A DNA stretch of 64,000 bases from the NCBI GenBank assembly GCA_964016885.1, contig OZ024744.1, forward strand, positions 86,738,001 to 86,802,000, read 5' to 3'. Positions within the stretch are counted from its first letter, which is position 1. Every line of letters begins with the position of its first letter. The translations under genes and the position numbers were made by a program. Shown here in pieces: positions 1-14,123 of this stretch. The DNA is from Eledone cirrhosa. Its lineage: Eukaryota. Under the pieces are notes generated by a model. The model was not told the origin of the DNA and made no database searches. It worked only from the letters and a program-made list of their open reading frames with translations.

Positions 1-2580
1 TCACCACCACAATAACCACCACCACCACCACTGCCACCACCAACACCTTCACCACCATCATCACCACCACAATAACCACCACTACCACCACCGCCACCAC
101 CAATACCTTCACCACCATCATCACCACCACAATAACCACCACTACCACCACCGCCACCACCATCACCTTCACCACCATCATCACCACCACAATAATCACC
201 ACTACCACCACCGCCACCACCAACACCTTCACCACCATCATCACCACCACAATAACCACCACTACCACCACCACCGCCACCACCAACACCTTCACCATCA
301 TCATCACCACCACAATAACCACCACCACCACCACCGCCACCACCAACACCTCCACCATCATCATCACCACCACAATAACCACCACCACCACCACTGCCAC
401 CACCAACACCTTCACCACCATCATCACCACCACAATAATCCACCACTACCACCACCGCCACCACCAATACCTTCACCACGATCATCATCGCCACCACAAT
501 AACCACCACTACCACCACTGCCACCACCAACACCTTCACCACGATCATCATCGCCACCACAATAACCACCACCACCACCACCGCCACCACCAACACCTCC
601 ACCATCATCATCACCACCACAATAACCACCACCACCACCACTGCCACCACCAACACCTTCACCACCATCATCACCACCACAATAACCACCACTACCACCA
701 CTGCCACCACCAACACCTTCACCACCATCATCACCACCACAATAATCACCACTACCACCACCGCCACCACCAACACCTTCACCACCATCATCACCACCAC
801 AATAACCACCACTACCACCACCACCGCCACCACCAACACCTTCACCATCATCATCACCACCACAATAACCACCACCACCACCACTGCCACCACCAACATC
901 TTCACCACCATCATCACCACCACAATAACCACCACTACCACCACTGCCACCACCAACACCTTCACCACCATCATCACCACCACATTAACCACCACTACCA
1001 CCACCGCCACCACCAATACCTTCACCACCATCATCACCACCACAATAACCACCACTACCACCACCGCCACCACCAACACCTTCACCACCATCATCACCAC
1101 CACAATAACCACCACTACCACCACCGCCACCACCAACACCTTCACCACCATCATCACCACCACATTAACCACCACTACCACCACCGCCACCACCAATACC
1201 TTCACCACCATCATCACCACCACAATAACCACCACCACCACCACTGCCACCACCAACACCTTCACCACCATCATCACCACCACAATAACCACCACTAACA
1301 CCACCGCCACCACCAACACCTTCACCACCATCATCACCACCACAATAACCACCACCACCACCACTGCCACCACCAACACCTTCACCACCATCATCACCAC
1401 CACAATAACGACCAACACCACTGCCACCACCAACACCTTCACCACCATCATCACCACCACAATAACCACCACCACCACCACTGCCACCACCAATACCTTC
1501 ACCACCATCATCACCACCACAATAACGACCACCACCACTGCCACCACCAACACCTTCACCATCATCATCACCACCACATTAACCACCACTACCACCACTG
1601 CCACCACCAACACCTTCACCACCATCATCACCACCACAATAACCACCACCACCACCACTGCCACCACCAACACCTTCACCACCATCATCACCACCACATT
1701 AACCACCACTACCACCACCGCCACCACCAACACCTTCACCACCATCATCACCACCACAATAACCACCACCACCACCACTGCCACCACCAATACCTTCACC
1801 ACCATCATCACCACCACAATAACCACCACTACCACCACCGCCACCACCATCACCTTCACCACCATCATCACCACCACATTAACCACCACTACCACCACCG
1901 CCACCACCAACACCTTCACCACCATCATCACCACCACAATAACCACCACCACCACCACTGCCACCACCAACACCTTCACCACCATCATCACCCCCACATT
2001 AACCACCACTACCACCACCGCCACCACCAACACCTTCACCACGATCATCACCACCACAATAACCACCACCACCACCACTGCCACCACCAACACCTTCACC
2101 ACCATCATCACCACCACAATAACCACCACCACCACCACCGCCACCACCAACACCTTCACCACGATCATCACCACCACAATAACCACCACCACCACCACTG
2201 CCACCACCAACACCTTCACCACCATCATCACCACCACAATAACCACCACCACCACCACTGCCACCACCAACACCTTCACCACCATCATCACCCCCACATT
2301 AACCACTACTACCACCACCGCCACCACCAACACCTTCACCATCATCATCACCACCACAATAACCACCACCACCACCGCCACCACCAACAGCTTCACCATC
2401 ATCATCACCACCACAATAACTACCACTACCACCACCGCCACCACCAACACCTTCACCATCATCATCACCACCACAATAACCTCCACTAACACCACCGCCA
2501 CCACCAACACCTTCACCATCATCATCACCACCACAATAACCACCACTACCACCACCGCCACCACCAACACCTTCACCACC
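1..2580. repeat. ~60-bp minisatellite built from degenerate (ACC)n triplets, ~43 units, truncated by the window start
   Basis: Unit ATCACCACCACAATAACCACCACTACCACCACCGCCACCACCAACACCTTCACCACCATC recurs line after line, with 57/60/63-bp length variants. Confidence 0.95.
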
Positions 2581-3220
2581 ACAACAATCATCACTACCAC
2601 CATCACCATCACCACCACCACCACAACCAGCAATATCATCATCATTATCGTTGTAACTATCACCACCACCACCACCATCACTATCACCACCAACACCACC
2701 TCCAACACTAACGCAACTACCACCACCTCCAACACTAACGCAACTACCACCACCACCTCCACCACAGCCTCAACCACTACAGCCACCACCACAACTGCCA
2801 CCACAACCACCACCACAACCACCACCACCACAACCACCACCACAAACACGTATACTATCATTATCGTTGTAACTATCACCACCACCATCACTATCACCAC
2901 CAACACCACCTCCAACACTAACGCAACCACCACCACCACCACCACCACCTCCACCACAGCCACAACCACCACCACAACCACCACAACTGCCACCACCACC
3001 ACCACCACCACCACCACAACCACCACCACAAACACGTATACTATCATTATCGTTGTAACTATCACCACCACCATCACAATGACCACCACGAAATCCACCA
3101 CCACCACCACCACCACGACCACCACCACTACCACCACCACCACCACCACCACCACCACCACCAATACCACCACCACCACCACCACCACCACCACACCCAA
3201 CATTTCCACAGCCACCACTA
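2581..3220. repeat. Degenerate (ACC)n low-complexity tract with internal duplications
   Basis: ATCATTATCGTTGTAACTATCACC occurs three times (~2641, ~2857, ~3043) within ACC runs. Confidence 0.85.
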
Positions 3221-3485
3221 TGACGACGATAAATGATGTTGGTTATAATTATGACGATTTTAATTACAATAATTGTTAATAATTTCGTTGATCACGATAA
3301 TTATTTGAGATAAGAGTCGTATGTAACGATGCTGTTGGTCCACGCCACTCTGTTGTTGTTAAGAGATTGTTCGCAGATACATAAGATTTGTATTGATTTT
3401 CAAAGAAGATAGAAAGATAGAGATAACCGGAGATAAAAAAAAAATGTCTAAGAAGACACGGGGAAAGAATCCAGAGCAGCAGAAT

Positions 3486-3995
3486 ATAACTGTTTCTACT
3501 TTTGACACCACAAGGCCAGCATTTACCCCCAATGTATTACTGGTTCTTTAGTTCATCGACCTCGTAAGGATGAAAGGCAAAGTTAACCTCGACGGATTTA
3601 AACACAGAACGTAAAGGGACGTAACTATGCTGGAAAGCATAGCATCTGACCCTCTACCGATAATTGTTTCTACTTTTTACACAAGGTCAGCAATTACCCT
3701 AGTGTATTACTGGTACTTTATTTCATCGACCCCGTAAGGGTGAAAGGCAAAGTTAACCTCGACAGGATTTGAACTCAGAAGGTAAAGGGCCGTAACTAGA
3801 TGCTACAAATCATGGCGTCTGAATCCTCTACCAATAATTGTTTCTACTTTTGACACAAGGCCAGCAAATACCCTGTGCATTACTGGTACAATAATTTATC
3901 GACCCCGTATGGGTGAAAGGCAAAGTTAACCTCGACGGGATTTGAACGCAGAACGTAAAGGACTGCAACTAGATGCTACAAATCATGGTGACTGA
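3486..3995 (-). mobile_element. Three tandem 5'-truncated copies of an octopus-type tRNA-derived SINE (Meta-domain-like core)
   Basis: The minus strand has B box GTTCAAATCC and core GCCTTTCATCCTTACGGGGTCGATAAAATAAAGTACCAG in each ~170-bp unit. Confidence 0.85.
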
Positions 3996-4309
3996 CTAAT
4001 CCAAGAACACAATATAAAGATTGTGTGTATGTATGAGTCGCTTGGTGGTTGGGGTGTTGAATCGTAAGGTTCATGGAACGGGTAGTTGAGCAAGACGCAT
4101 CATTTCATGTTGCTTTCAGTGAAAGGACTAGCCCACCCCCTCTATCTTTAAAACACCCGAGAAACCCCCTATGGGATGTAGGAGGTAGAAAGAAATAATA
4201 ACTGAATGAATAAATAAAAGAATAAAGTATTGAATTAATATAACAAAGAACGAAAGAAAGAAAGAAAGAAAGATAAAGTATGAAAGAATTACGAAAATAA
4301 TGAAAGATG

Positions 4310-4635
4310 GAGAGAATGTAAGAATGTAAGAATGAAAGAAAGTAAGAATGGACGAATGAAAGAAAGATAAAGAGAAAGTAAGAATGGACGAATGAAAGAA
4401 AGATAAAGAAAAGTAAGAATGGACGAATGAAAGAAAGATGGAGAGAAAGTAAGAATGGACGAATGAAAGAAAGATGGATAGATTGTAAGAATGGACGAAT
4501 GAAAGAAAGATGGAGAAAAATGTAAGAATGGACGAATGAAAGAAAGACAGATAGAGAGAAAGTAAGAATGGTCGAATGAAAGAAAGATGGAGAGAATGTA
4601 AGAATGGACGAATGAAAGAAAGATGGAGAGAAATG
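4310..4635. repeat. Purine-rich ~36-40-bp minisatellite
   Basis: Repeated GTAAGAATGGACGAATGAAAGAAAGATGGAGAGAA. Confidence 0.9.
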
Positions 4636-4784
4636 GAAGCAATAAAGAACGAAAGAGGGAAGGAAAAAAAGAAATATAGAAAGAGGGAAAAGATGTGAGG
4701 AGGAAAAATAAGAAGAATAGTCAAGGAAAGAAAAATGGAAAAAGCTAGTTAGTAGAGAAGCAAGCAGCTATTAATTAGAATTAT

Positions 4785-4915
4785 GGCCCTTCATGATCTA
4801 AGTTCAAATCCCGCCATGGTTAACTTTGCCTTTCATCATTACGGGGTCGATACAATAAAGTACCAGTAATACACTGGGATATTTGCAGGCCTTATGCCAA
4901 AAGTAGAAAACATTA
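4785..4915 (+). mobile_element. tRNA-derived SINE, partial
   Basis: AGTTCAAATCCCGCC...TTAACTTTGCCTTTCATC...GGGGTCGATA. Confidence 0.8.
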
Positions 4916-5271
4916 ATTAGAATTATGGAAATATAGGAAGCGAAGGAAATCATCAACGTTTCGCGAAGAATTCTTCTCTCTAGAACACTACACCACAATC
5001 TGATCGCGTTCTCTTTCTCTTACAAATCTGTACCCCCTCTCTCTATTTCTCGGTCTCTCGCGCCCCCACACACACACACAATTATATATATATATATGTA
5101 TATATATATATGTATGTATGTATATATATATATATATATATACATATGTATATATATACATATATATATGTATATATGTATATATATGTGTATATATGTA
5201 TATATTATATGTATATATATATATATATTTATATATGTATATATGTATATATATATATATTTATATATGTA

Positions 5272-5338
<67 letters not shown>

Positions 5339-5617
5339 ATATGTATATATGTATCACTCGTTCTATTTTACGTATATGTTTGTAACATTTGGTTTAGCAT
5401 CTCATTCAGTGTGTTATCTTGTGAAGAGAGAATGCGTGTCCTGTCTATCGTGATTAGAAGGAGACTCGTTTGAAGTTAATCCCAGACGGAACCAGTCGAT
5501 CTGTTCGGAATTGCTGCGTGTTTCTAGCCGACTCATCTGATTATCATATCGGCAGCGGTGGTACACTGCCTCTTGTCAACACAGAAAACTATAGCAAAAT
5601 CATGAAACATTTAAACA

Positions 5618-5712
<95 letters not shown>

Positions 5713-5772
5713 TAATATAAAATAAAACAACTTATATCAGCTGAAAGCAAACCTGCAGTGATTTGTTTAATT

Positions 5773-5803
<31 letters not shown>

Positions 5804-5971
5804 GTTTCTATGTCTTTTTTTGTGTTTTTCGTTTCTTATATAAATAATAAAAATCTTTACATGCACAAAACCCACATCGCACCATCCTGTACCGTCCTGT
5901 GCCGTCTGTAATGTTTTTCTTAATGTCAGCACATGTGGCCAATAAAGATATCATTATTATCATTATTATTG

Positions 5972-6145
5972 ACAGTATCAGTAGAGAGTCGGACACCATG
6001 CTTTGAAGCATAGAGTTACGTCCCTTTATGATCTGAGTTCAAATCCCGCCGATGTTAACTTTGCCTTTCATCCTTACGGGGTCGATAAAATAAAGTCCCA
6101 GTAATGTAATGGGTAATTGCTGGCCTTGTGCAAAAAATAGACACA

Positions 6146-6207
<62 letters not shown>

Positions 6208-6232
6208 CATTATTATTATTATTATTATTATT
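5972..6232 (+). mobile_element. tRNA-derived SINE with (ATT)n tail
   Basis: Head, B box GAGTTCAAATCC and core domain, followed by ~85 bp of ATT repeats. Confidence 0.85.
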
Positions 6233-6545
6233 GAGGCACGGCTCTGTAAGGTATAATAATTTTTAACCGCTATAACAATTGTAAATTGTTTAAAACATTA
6301 ACCAAATTGTAGATAAAAACACCCTTCCTTCTCCTCGTGAGAGGGGTTTTTCTGCCCGTTATTTGGCCCTTCGGGGTTAAATAACCGCTTATTGGGTGGG
6401 GTTTTGTGCCCAATATTCATTTTAAACCAAAAAAAAACATGGCAAAAAAAAAGAATGTTCACAAGTCACTCCCACTCATTCCGTCTTCTTCTTCCTCAAT
6501 CGTCATTACGCCAGAGAAAAGATTGTCTCTCTCCCTCCTCTAAAT

Positions 6546-8386
6546 GTGTCTCTCTCCCTCCCTTCTCTTTCGCAAGCGACGCGAATAAAGAAAAAGAAAA
6601 TTATAGTTTCTGATAGTTTCCAAGAGCACGTGCATACCGTGGAACATTTCTCCACGACGATGACAACGACGAAAGATGTGTGCGGTAAATACGGAAAGCC
6701 ATTTCATTCGTCTGACGTCATGAAGAATAGCAGCAGCAGCCGTAATAACAGCAGCAGCAGCAACAGTGACAAGGAAAACAATAGTAACAGCCGCAACAAC
6801 ATCAGCAGCAGCATAAACAACACCAGCAGCAGCAGCAACAACAACAGCAGCAGCAGCTACGACAACAACAACCACAGCAACAGCGGCGACGGCAGTCGTA
6901 GTACCAGCAGCAACAACAAATGTAACAGCAGCTCTGACGACAACAACAACAACAACAACAACAACAAGAAAGAAAAAACCAATCTCATTTGCAGGTATCG
7001 CAAAGAACCAGGAAACCATCCTTATAACAAATGAGGAATTACAGGAAGCAAAGAGAATGGTGACGAAAACCGATCACAGCGCAATCTGCAAGGCAGCCGA
7101 AACATTTTTCGAAACCCAACAGCACTGTACGGTCACTTACCGTATAGTAAGCACAAAATCCCGTAGGGTTGAAAGAGCCACAGAGGCTCAAATACAAAAA
7201 GCCTTAGGGTCTGTGTGGCAGCGGAAAACGCATATCACCCGAAGCAAGAAATATGCTACCGTGGACGTGCTTTTTGCCACACCCCAGGAGGCAAAGGCTC
7301 AATCCTTAGTGAACCTAAGGAACGAGAAAATGGTGTTGGTGCCCTCCTACTGCGAACAAAAAATTGTAAGGGTCAAACTGACCCACATCCCCCTCGGGAT
7401 GGCCACTTCTTGGCTGGCCGCGTCTGTCCTCGTCGGAATCGAGGACAAAACAACTGTACTGCAAGTATAGTAAAAAGCACGAGAAGATTGGGTCGGCACC
7501 TCCATTGAGATGTTAACCAAACCAACCAGGAGTGCATCGAAGCTATCCCGGATGTGATAGACTTCGATAACGGCACTCAACTGCCCATAAGTGTTGAGGG
7601 AAAACGCCCAAAATGCTTTCGCTGTGGATCTAAGACTCACCTCAGGGCCTCTGCAATGAGAAGACCCTGAGAAAGGAGAAAACCCTCCTTCTTCCGAAAC
7701 CGGCTCCACTGCTACCAGCAACAGGACAGACGGCAACCATGAAGGATAGATCCGTGGCACCCGTACTCACGCCACGGAAATCAAGAACAGCAGCAGCAGT
7801 AGAAATATTAACAACAACAACAGCAATACCAACTGCATCTGCAACAGAGACTCCACTGCAAACATCACCAACAACAAGTGAAAGAGTGGAGCTGGTACCC
7901 CTCCCCGACCTCACAGAATCGGACATGGAGTGTGAGGTGGGAGAGGGATGGCAATAGGTTGCAAGAATGCACAAACACAGAAGCAGCGCATCGTCGCCTT
8001 CGAAAAGGGAGGAAAGAAATGAAAAAAGGGTAAAGTCTACTGCAAAGAGACCCACAGCAGCAACACCACCAACACCATCACCACCCACACTAGCACCACC
8101 ATCACCACCGGCGGCAACCCCACCGCAAACAACAATAACAGCTTCAACACCACCACCACAAGCACCAACATCGCAAACACAACAACAAAACACACACACC
8201 CTGCAACAACGACAGGAAAATAGCAGAACCACACCCCATCCCCAGAAAAACAAATGCACAGAAATAAATACACACAACAAGAAACTAATGACTTACATAA
8301 TTGAACACACAGACATTTCACAGCACGACTACATAATACCAGCACCAATCAAAACACCAACGAATATAAGACTGTTAAGAATATGA
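6546..8386 (+). pseudogene. LINE ORF1 (gag-like) remnant
   Basis: N/S-rich N-terminus, segment ATVDVLFATPQEAK..LVPSYCEQKIVRVKLTHIP, knuckle KRPKCFRCGSKTHLRA at ~7603-7650, P/T-rich tail; interrupted by stops. Confidence 0.65.
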
Positions 8387-8630
8387 CAGAAACAATAGAC
8401 AAACATTAAAACGAAATCCCTCAACGCAGTTGGTGATTTCAGAGACCTAGGAGGGACACTCAACCGGAGAGTATATTCGGATATACTCACAGAAGAGCCA
8501 ACGACCAGCCGAAGGGACGATTCAACGGTCCCTTCACCAGACGATCAAATAAAAAGGGATGGAGAAACCATCCTTCCTCTACGAGAAGTAAGGCAAGTGG
8601 TCTTTCCCATCTTTTCCAATCCATTTCAAC

Positions 8631-10468
8631 ATGACCTCAATCAGAATAGGCAGCATAAATGCGCGTGGCTTGGGGTCGTCATGGAAGCAGGGCCACCTGC
8701 TCAACGACCTCAGGTCACTAAACATAGATGTAGTGGCCATCAGCGACCAGAATCTGCGAAGCTTGGGCCTTCGCACCGATCTTCGGCGGCTATGATGTAT
8801 ACGCATCTCCCAACCGCCCTGGATCGGGGGGGGGGGGGAAGAGTTGCTGTGCTTTTTCGGAGAGGTTTGGATCTCGCTATACGGGCTATCTTCCTGGACC
8901 CAGAAGGTAAGTTGGTGGTGCTGGACGTGACCAGCGGAGACGGGCAAGCTTTCAGGCTAGTGGCCGTCTATGCCCCGACAGGAGCAGGGCGGCCTGATTT
9001 CTTCTGGCGTCTGAGACCTTTCTAGGAAAGGCCCGCTCTTTAGAGTTAGTGAGCGACTGGAACGGGATCTTAGATTCACGCTGGGACTGTGTTGGATTAG
9101 CGGATAAGAGAGAAGTCTCAACAACCTGCTCAGGCGTTTTGAACTGTCTGACAGATACCGATTGGATTTCCCGAATGTGCCAATGTGGACTTGGACAAAT
9201 CGCATAGGGTCATCCAGATCATATCTAGATAGAGTATTTTGTAGGGAAATAGATAGGTCTAGCATAGGCTGTTCACAAATCAAGATAGTCAGCTACGCGG
9301 ACCACAAATTCGTGATCTGTGTGCTTGACTTAGATAGGCTTCATAGACGAGGACCTGGCTACTGGAAGCTAAACGCGTCCTTACCAGCGCGCAAGGCCTA
9401 CAGAGACCGGATTAGCGAACTAGTTAAGCGGGCGTTGACGGGGGCCATCGTCAACAACAAGTGGTGGTTTGCTCTGAAAAGAGTAATTAGAATAGAGTCC
9501 ATTAGGTTTAGTAAGGCTTTAGAAATAGAGAAAAATAGAGCAGAGGGAGAATTAGTTAGAAAACTAGACGAGGCGCTTAGCAAAGGCATCGCGACCGACG
9601 TACTTGCGGCGAAATTGGCCCTTGACCAATTCTTCAATGCAAAGAACGAAGGCTGCGTTGTCAGAGCTAGGGGTGCGTGCTCTCAGACACGAGGGGACGA
9701 AAGCCGTTCAATGGGCCCGAGTGGCGGAGGCGCGTCGTGGCAACAAAGCCACGATCCGGTCTTTGGTGGACCACGACGGGCGCATGCTACTCGATCCCGA
9801 GCAAATGTGTGAAGCTTTTCAGCGACACTTCGCTCAGCTGTTCGGGGGCAGCGGCGGGCCGGATCGAGGGATGGACTTTAGTGTCTACCTCGACGGACTG
9901 CCGCGGCTCTCGGCCACTGAGGCGGAGTGTTGCGAAAAGCCGATAACAGCCGCTGAAGTACGGGAGGCAATGACTTGCTGCACAAGGGGTAAATCGCCTG
10001 GTTTGGAAGGTCTGCCCTATGAACTTTACGTACAGATGCAGACTTGTTCGGAGGCCTCTTGGTGGACGTCTACTGCATATGGGAGTATTCTCAGCTCTGT
10101 GAGCCGAGGAGCTGTGGCGCTGCTGAGAAAGGATCCGAACAAGGGTGATAACATAGATAATTTCAGGCCCATAACTCTGCTAAACACAGAGTTCAAGATT
10201 TTGGCCAAGGTGCTAGCAAAGAGGTTGGCGCTTGTCGTTGGTGGTCTGGTGGGAGAGGCGCAGACATGCGCCATTCCCGACAGATCCATCCACGACAACC
10301 TACACCTCATTCGATACATCGTGGAGAGGGTAGCTAAGGAACCTGGCACGGGTGGGTCCTTGATCAATTTAAATCAGTAGAAAGCTTTTGATAGGATCGA
10401 CCATTGTTACCTAGCGGCAGTCCTGAGGGCGGCTGGCTTTGGGCCCGTCATCAGAGGCTGGATCGCTA
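8631..10468 (+). pseudogene. LINE ORF2 remnant: APE endonuclease + reverse transcriptase N-half
   Basis: MTSIRIGSINARGL..DVVAIS, VAVYAP, SDWN, SYLDRVF, ADHK, GPGYWKLN, KSPGLEGLPYE, NFRPITLLNTEFKILAK, NQ*KAFDRIDH. Confidence 0.9.
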
Positions 10469-10885
10469 TTGTTTCCTGCCGTTGCATTGTATTTTCTACG
10501 CTATCTCTATTTAGTCTTTTTTAGAGACTAAATAGAGATGGCGTAGAAAATATAATGCAACGGGAGGAAACAATAGCACCACTGACGATGTTGCAGATGT
10601 GCAACGAAAGAACTTTGATAGACTATATATATGTGTTTGTGTCTATATTGTATCTGTATTTTTGACCGTTGGTCAGTCAATGGCAACATTGAGGACCGAA
10701 TAAATTAAATTAACCGATATAAAAGACACAGAATCGAAAAGCGAAAACCAACCAAACAATGAGTGTGTTCTGTTATTAATTCTGGTAATATTACACAAAT
10801 ATGACCCTCCCCAAGTATACCAATATTTGTATCGACACACGTGTTCATATAAAAAAACCTCGCAAAACTAATTCATCACCGTTAT
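10465..10885 (+). mobile_element. Solo Penelope pseudo-LTR fragment (family of the 45-49 kb element) with a 53-bp 5' fold-back
   Basis: 10525-10826 matches the reverse complement of ~45250-45545; 10855-10885 matches ~49310-49340; arms 10465-10517 and 10525-10577 are inverted. Confidence 0.85.
10577..10619 (+). ncRNA. Minimal type I hammerhead ribozyme in Penelope pLTR
   Basis: CTGACGA-T-GTTGCA(gatg)TGCAAC-GAAA-GAAC-TT; stem I weak. Confidence 0.7.
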
Positions 10886-10940
10886 ATATATATATATATA
10901 CGGTATTATCAAATTGAAACTATATTTATAAAACCATATC

Positions 10941-11005
10941 TATTTTATTATACATATTTCAAGGACACCATGTTAAATTATGGTATGCTTTCATCAGACA
11001 AAATA
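10941..11005 (-). ncRNA. Type I hammerhead ribozyme, AT-rich family B
   Basis: Minus strand: TATTTTGT-CTGATGA-AAGCATACCAT(aatttaac)ATGGTGTCCTT-GAAA-TATGTA-TA-ATAAAATA. Confidence 0.75.
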
Positions 11006-11152
11006 CAATATATATCAGTTTTATAAATAAATATTGACATACCCTTACAAAATGCAACCATTACTGTTGGAAGACTCAAATACTTGTTGAGTGCTTTATA
11101 ACAGTTATAAAAATATTTGCTGGCTGTATCCCAACAATTTAAATAGAACTTT

Positions 11153-11224
<72 letters not shown>

Positions 11225-11281
11225 TACATCCACACACATGCACACAAACACACATTCAAAAATCTACACACACACATATAT

Positions 11282-11317
<36 letters not shown>

Positions 11318-11682
11318 GTGTCTATAAATGTGTGTGTGTGTGTATATGTGCGTGTGTAGATTGTTATTGTGTGTTTGTGTGCGTGTGTGTGTATGTACGT
11401 GTGTTATGTCTCCACACTTATATATATATACATACACTTATATATATATATATACACGCATACACGAGTGTGTGCATGTGTACATACATATAGGCAGACA
11501 TATATATATACACTGATACACGCAGGTAGGTGTATATATGCACACACGCACATATAAGGTAAGCTAATAAACACCCACTGGGACACCAATATGGATAAGA
11601 TTATACTCACAGATCCACGCGTAAAAGTTTATAATTATAGATATACAAATAATTATATAAATATATATATATATATATGTTT

Positions 11683-12304
<622 letters not shown>

Positions 12305-12305
12305 G

Positions 12306-12390
<85 letters not shown>

Positions 12391-12604
12391 TATGTATGTA
12401 TACGTACATACATATATGTATACATACGTACAGTAGTATGTATATATATACATACATGCACACATATATATATGCACGTATCGGTTTACGTAACATTTAT
12501 TATAATGCTCGGTTAGTTTGTTTGTAAACAAACAAACAGCCCGAATTACGCTGTACAGTGTTTAGGCAACCACGTCACCTTTTTGTTCAACACTGACACA
12601 GGAA

Positions 12605-12645
12605 CGATGTACTAGTTTCAAGCTTGTTAGCTATCGCCAGCATCC
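12605..12645 (-). ncRNA. Minimal type I HHR, array copy 1 (core A6>G)
   Basis: GATG-CTGGCGA-TAGCT(aaca)AGCTT-GAAA-CTAG-TA-CATC. Confidence 0.65.
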
Positions 12646-13059
12646 TATACCTTCCTGCCAGATGGTTGAACGACTGTAAGTATATAATTTCCTTATGCAT
12701 ATTAACGGCTGAGCAGCGTTATTTGCATATCGCGCGAGTTCAGTCGGCCGGGCACACCGAAAACGATAAATGGAATAGAATGAAACGAAATTTAATTTCT
12801 CACTCTTAGTACGGCACTTACTTAAATGTAAGTAAGTATGTATGTATGTATGTATACGTACATACATATATGTATATAGACTTACAGTAGTATGTATATA
12901 TATATATACATACATGTACACATATATATATGCACGTATCGGTTTACCGAACATTTATTATAATGCTCGGTTTGTTTGTAAACAAACAAACAACCCGAAT
13001 TACGCCGTACAGTGTTTAGGCAACCACGTCACCTTTTTGTTCAACACTGACACAGGAAC

Positions 13060-13098
13060 AATGTACTAGTTTCAAGCTTATCAGCTAGCGTCAGCATC
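13060..13098 (-). ncRNA. Minimal type I HHR, array copy 2 (core A9>C)
   Basis: GATG-CTGACGC-TAGCT(gata)AGCTT-GAAA-CTAG-TA-CATT. Confidence 0.65.
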
Positions 13099-13479
13099 TT
13101 ATACCTTCCTGAAAGATGCGTGCATATATATATACGTGCATATATATATACTTGCATATATATACGTGCATATATATACGTGCATATATATACGTGCATA
13201 TATATATATGTGTGCATGTATATATATATACATACTACTGTACGTCTGTATACATATATGTATGTACGTATACATACATACATACATACATACTTACATT
13301 TAAGTAAGTGCCGTTCTAAGAGTGAGAAATGAAATTTCGTTTCATTCTATTCCATTTATCGTTTTCGGAGCGCCCGGCCGACTGAACTCACGCGATATGA
13401 AAATTAGGCTGCTCAGCCGTTAATATGCATAAGGAAAGTATATACTTTCAGACGTTCAACCATCTGGCAGGAAGGTATA

Positions 13480-13520
13480 CGATGCTGACGATAGCTAATA
13501 AAGTTGAAACTAGTACATCG
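13480..13520 (+). ncRNA. Minimal type I HHR, array copy 3 (core intact)
   Basis: CGATG-CTGACGA-T-AGCT(aataa)AGTT-GAAA-CTAG-TA-CATCG; 5-bp stem I, palindromic CUAG loop III, GUA site. Confidence 0.8.
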
Positions 13521-14070
13521 TTCCTGTGTCAGTGTTGAACAAAAAGGTGACGTGGTTGCCTAAACTCTTTACGGCGTAATTCGGGCTGACTGTTTGTTTA
13601 CAAACACACCGAGCATTATAATACATCTTTGGTGAATCCATACGTACATATATATATGTGTGCATGTATGTATATATATATACATACTACTGTACGTCTG
13701 TATACATATATGTATGTACGTATACATACATACTTACATTTAAGTAAGTGCCGTACTGAGAGTGAGAAATGAAATTTCGTTTCATTCTATTCCATATATA
13801 TATAAACGGAAAAAATGAAACGAAATTTCATTTCCCACTTTTAGTACGGCACTTACTTAAATATAAGTATGTATACGTACATACATATATGTATACAGAC
13901 TTACAGTAGTATGTATATATATATACATACATGCACACATATATATATGTACGTATGGATTCACCGAACATTTATTATAATGCTCGGTGTGTTTGTAAAC
14001 AAACATCCGTATTAAGCCGTACAGTGACCAGGAACCATCGTTGCTTGTTTGTTCAACACTGACAAAGGAA

Positions 14071-14111
14071 CGCTGTACTAGTTTCAAGCTTATTAGCTAT
14101 CGTCAGCAACG
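14071..14111 (-). ncRNA. Minimal type I HHR, array copy 4 (core intact)
   Basis: CGTTG-CTGACGA-TAGCT(aata)AGCTT-GAAA-CTAG-TA-CAGCG. Confidence 0.8.
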
Positions 14112-14123
14112 TATACCTTCCTG

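Larger units (their letters stand above)
6470..10468 (+). mobile_element. Decayed, 3'-truncated Tx1/L1-clade non-LTR retrotransposon
   Basis: ORF1 remnant with a degenerate CCHC knuckle, followed by APE endonuclease and RT N-terminal motifs; many stops and frameshifts; 5' boundary approximate. Confidence 0.85.

Noticed and set aside
1-4635. CRISPR-like arrays from the regular repeats
   Set aside because: Tandem units have no unique spacers, the context is eukaryotic, and there are no cas genes
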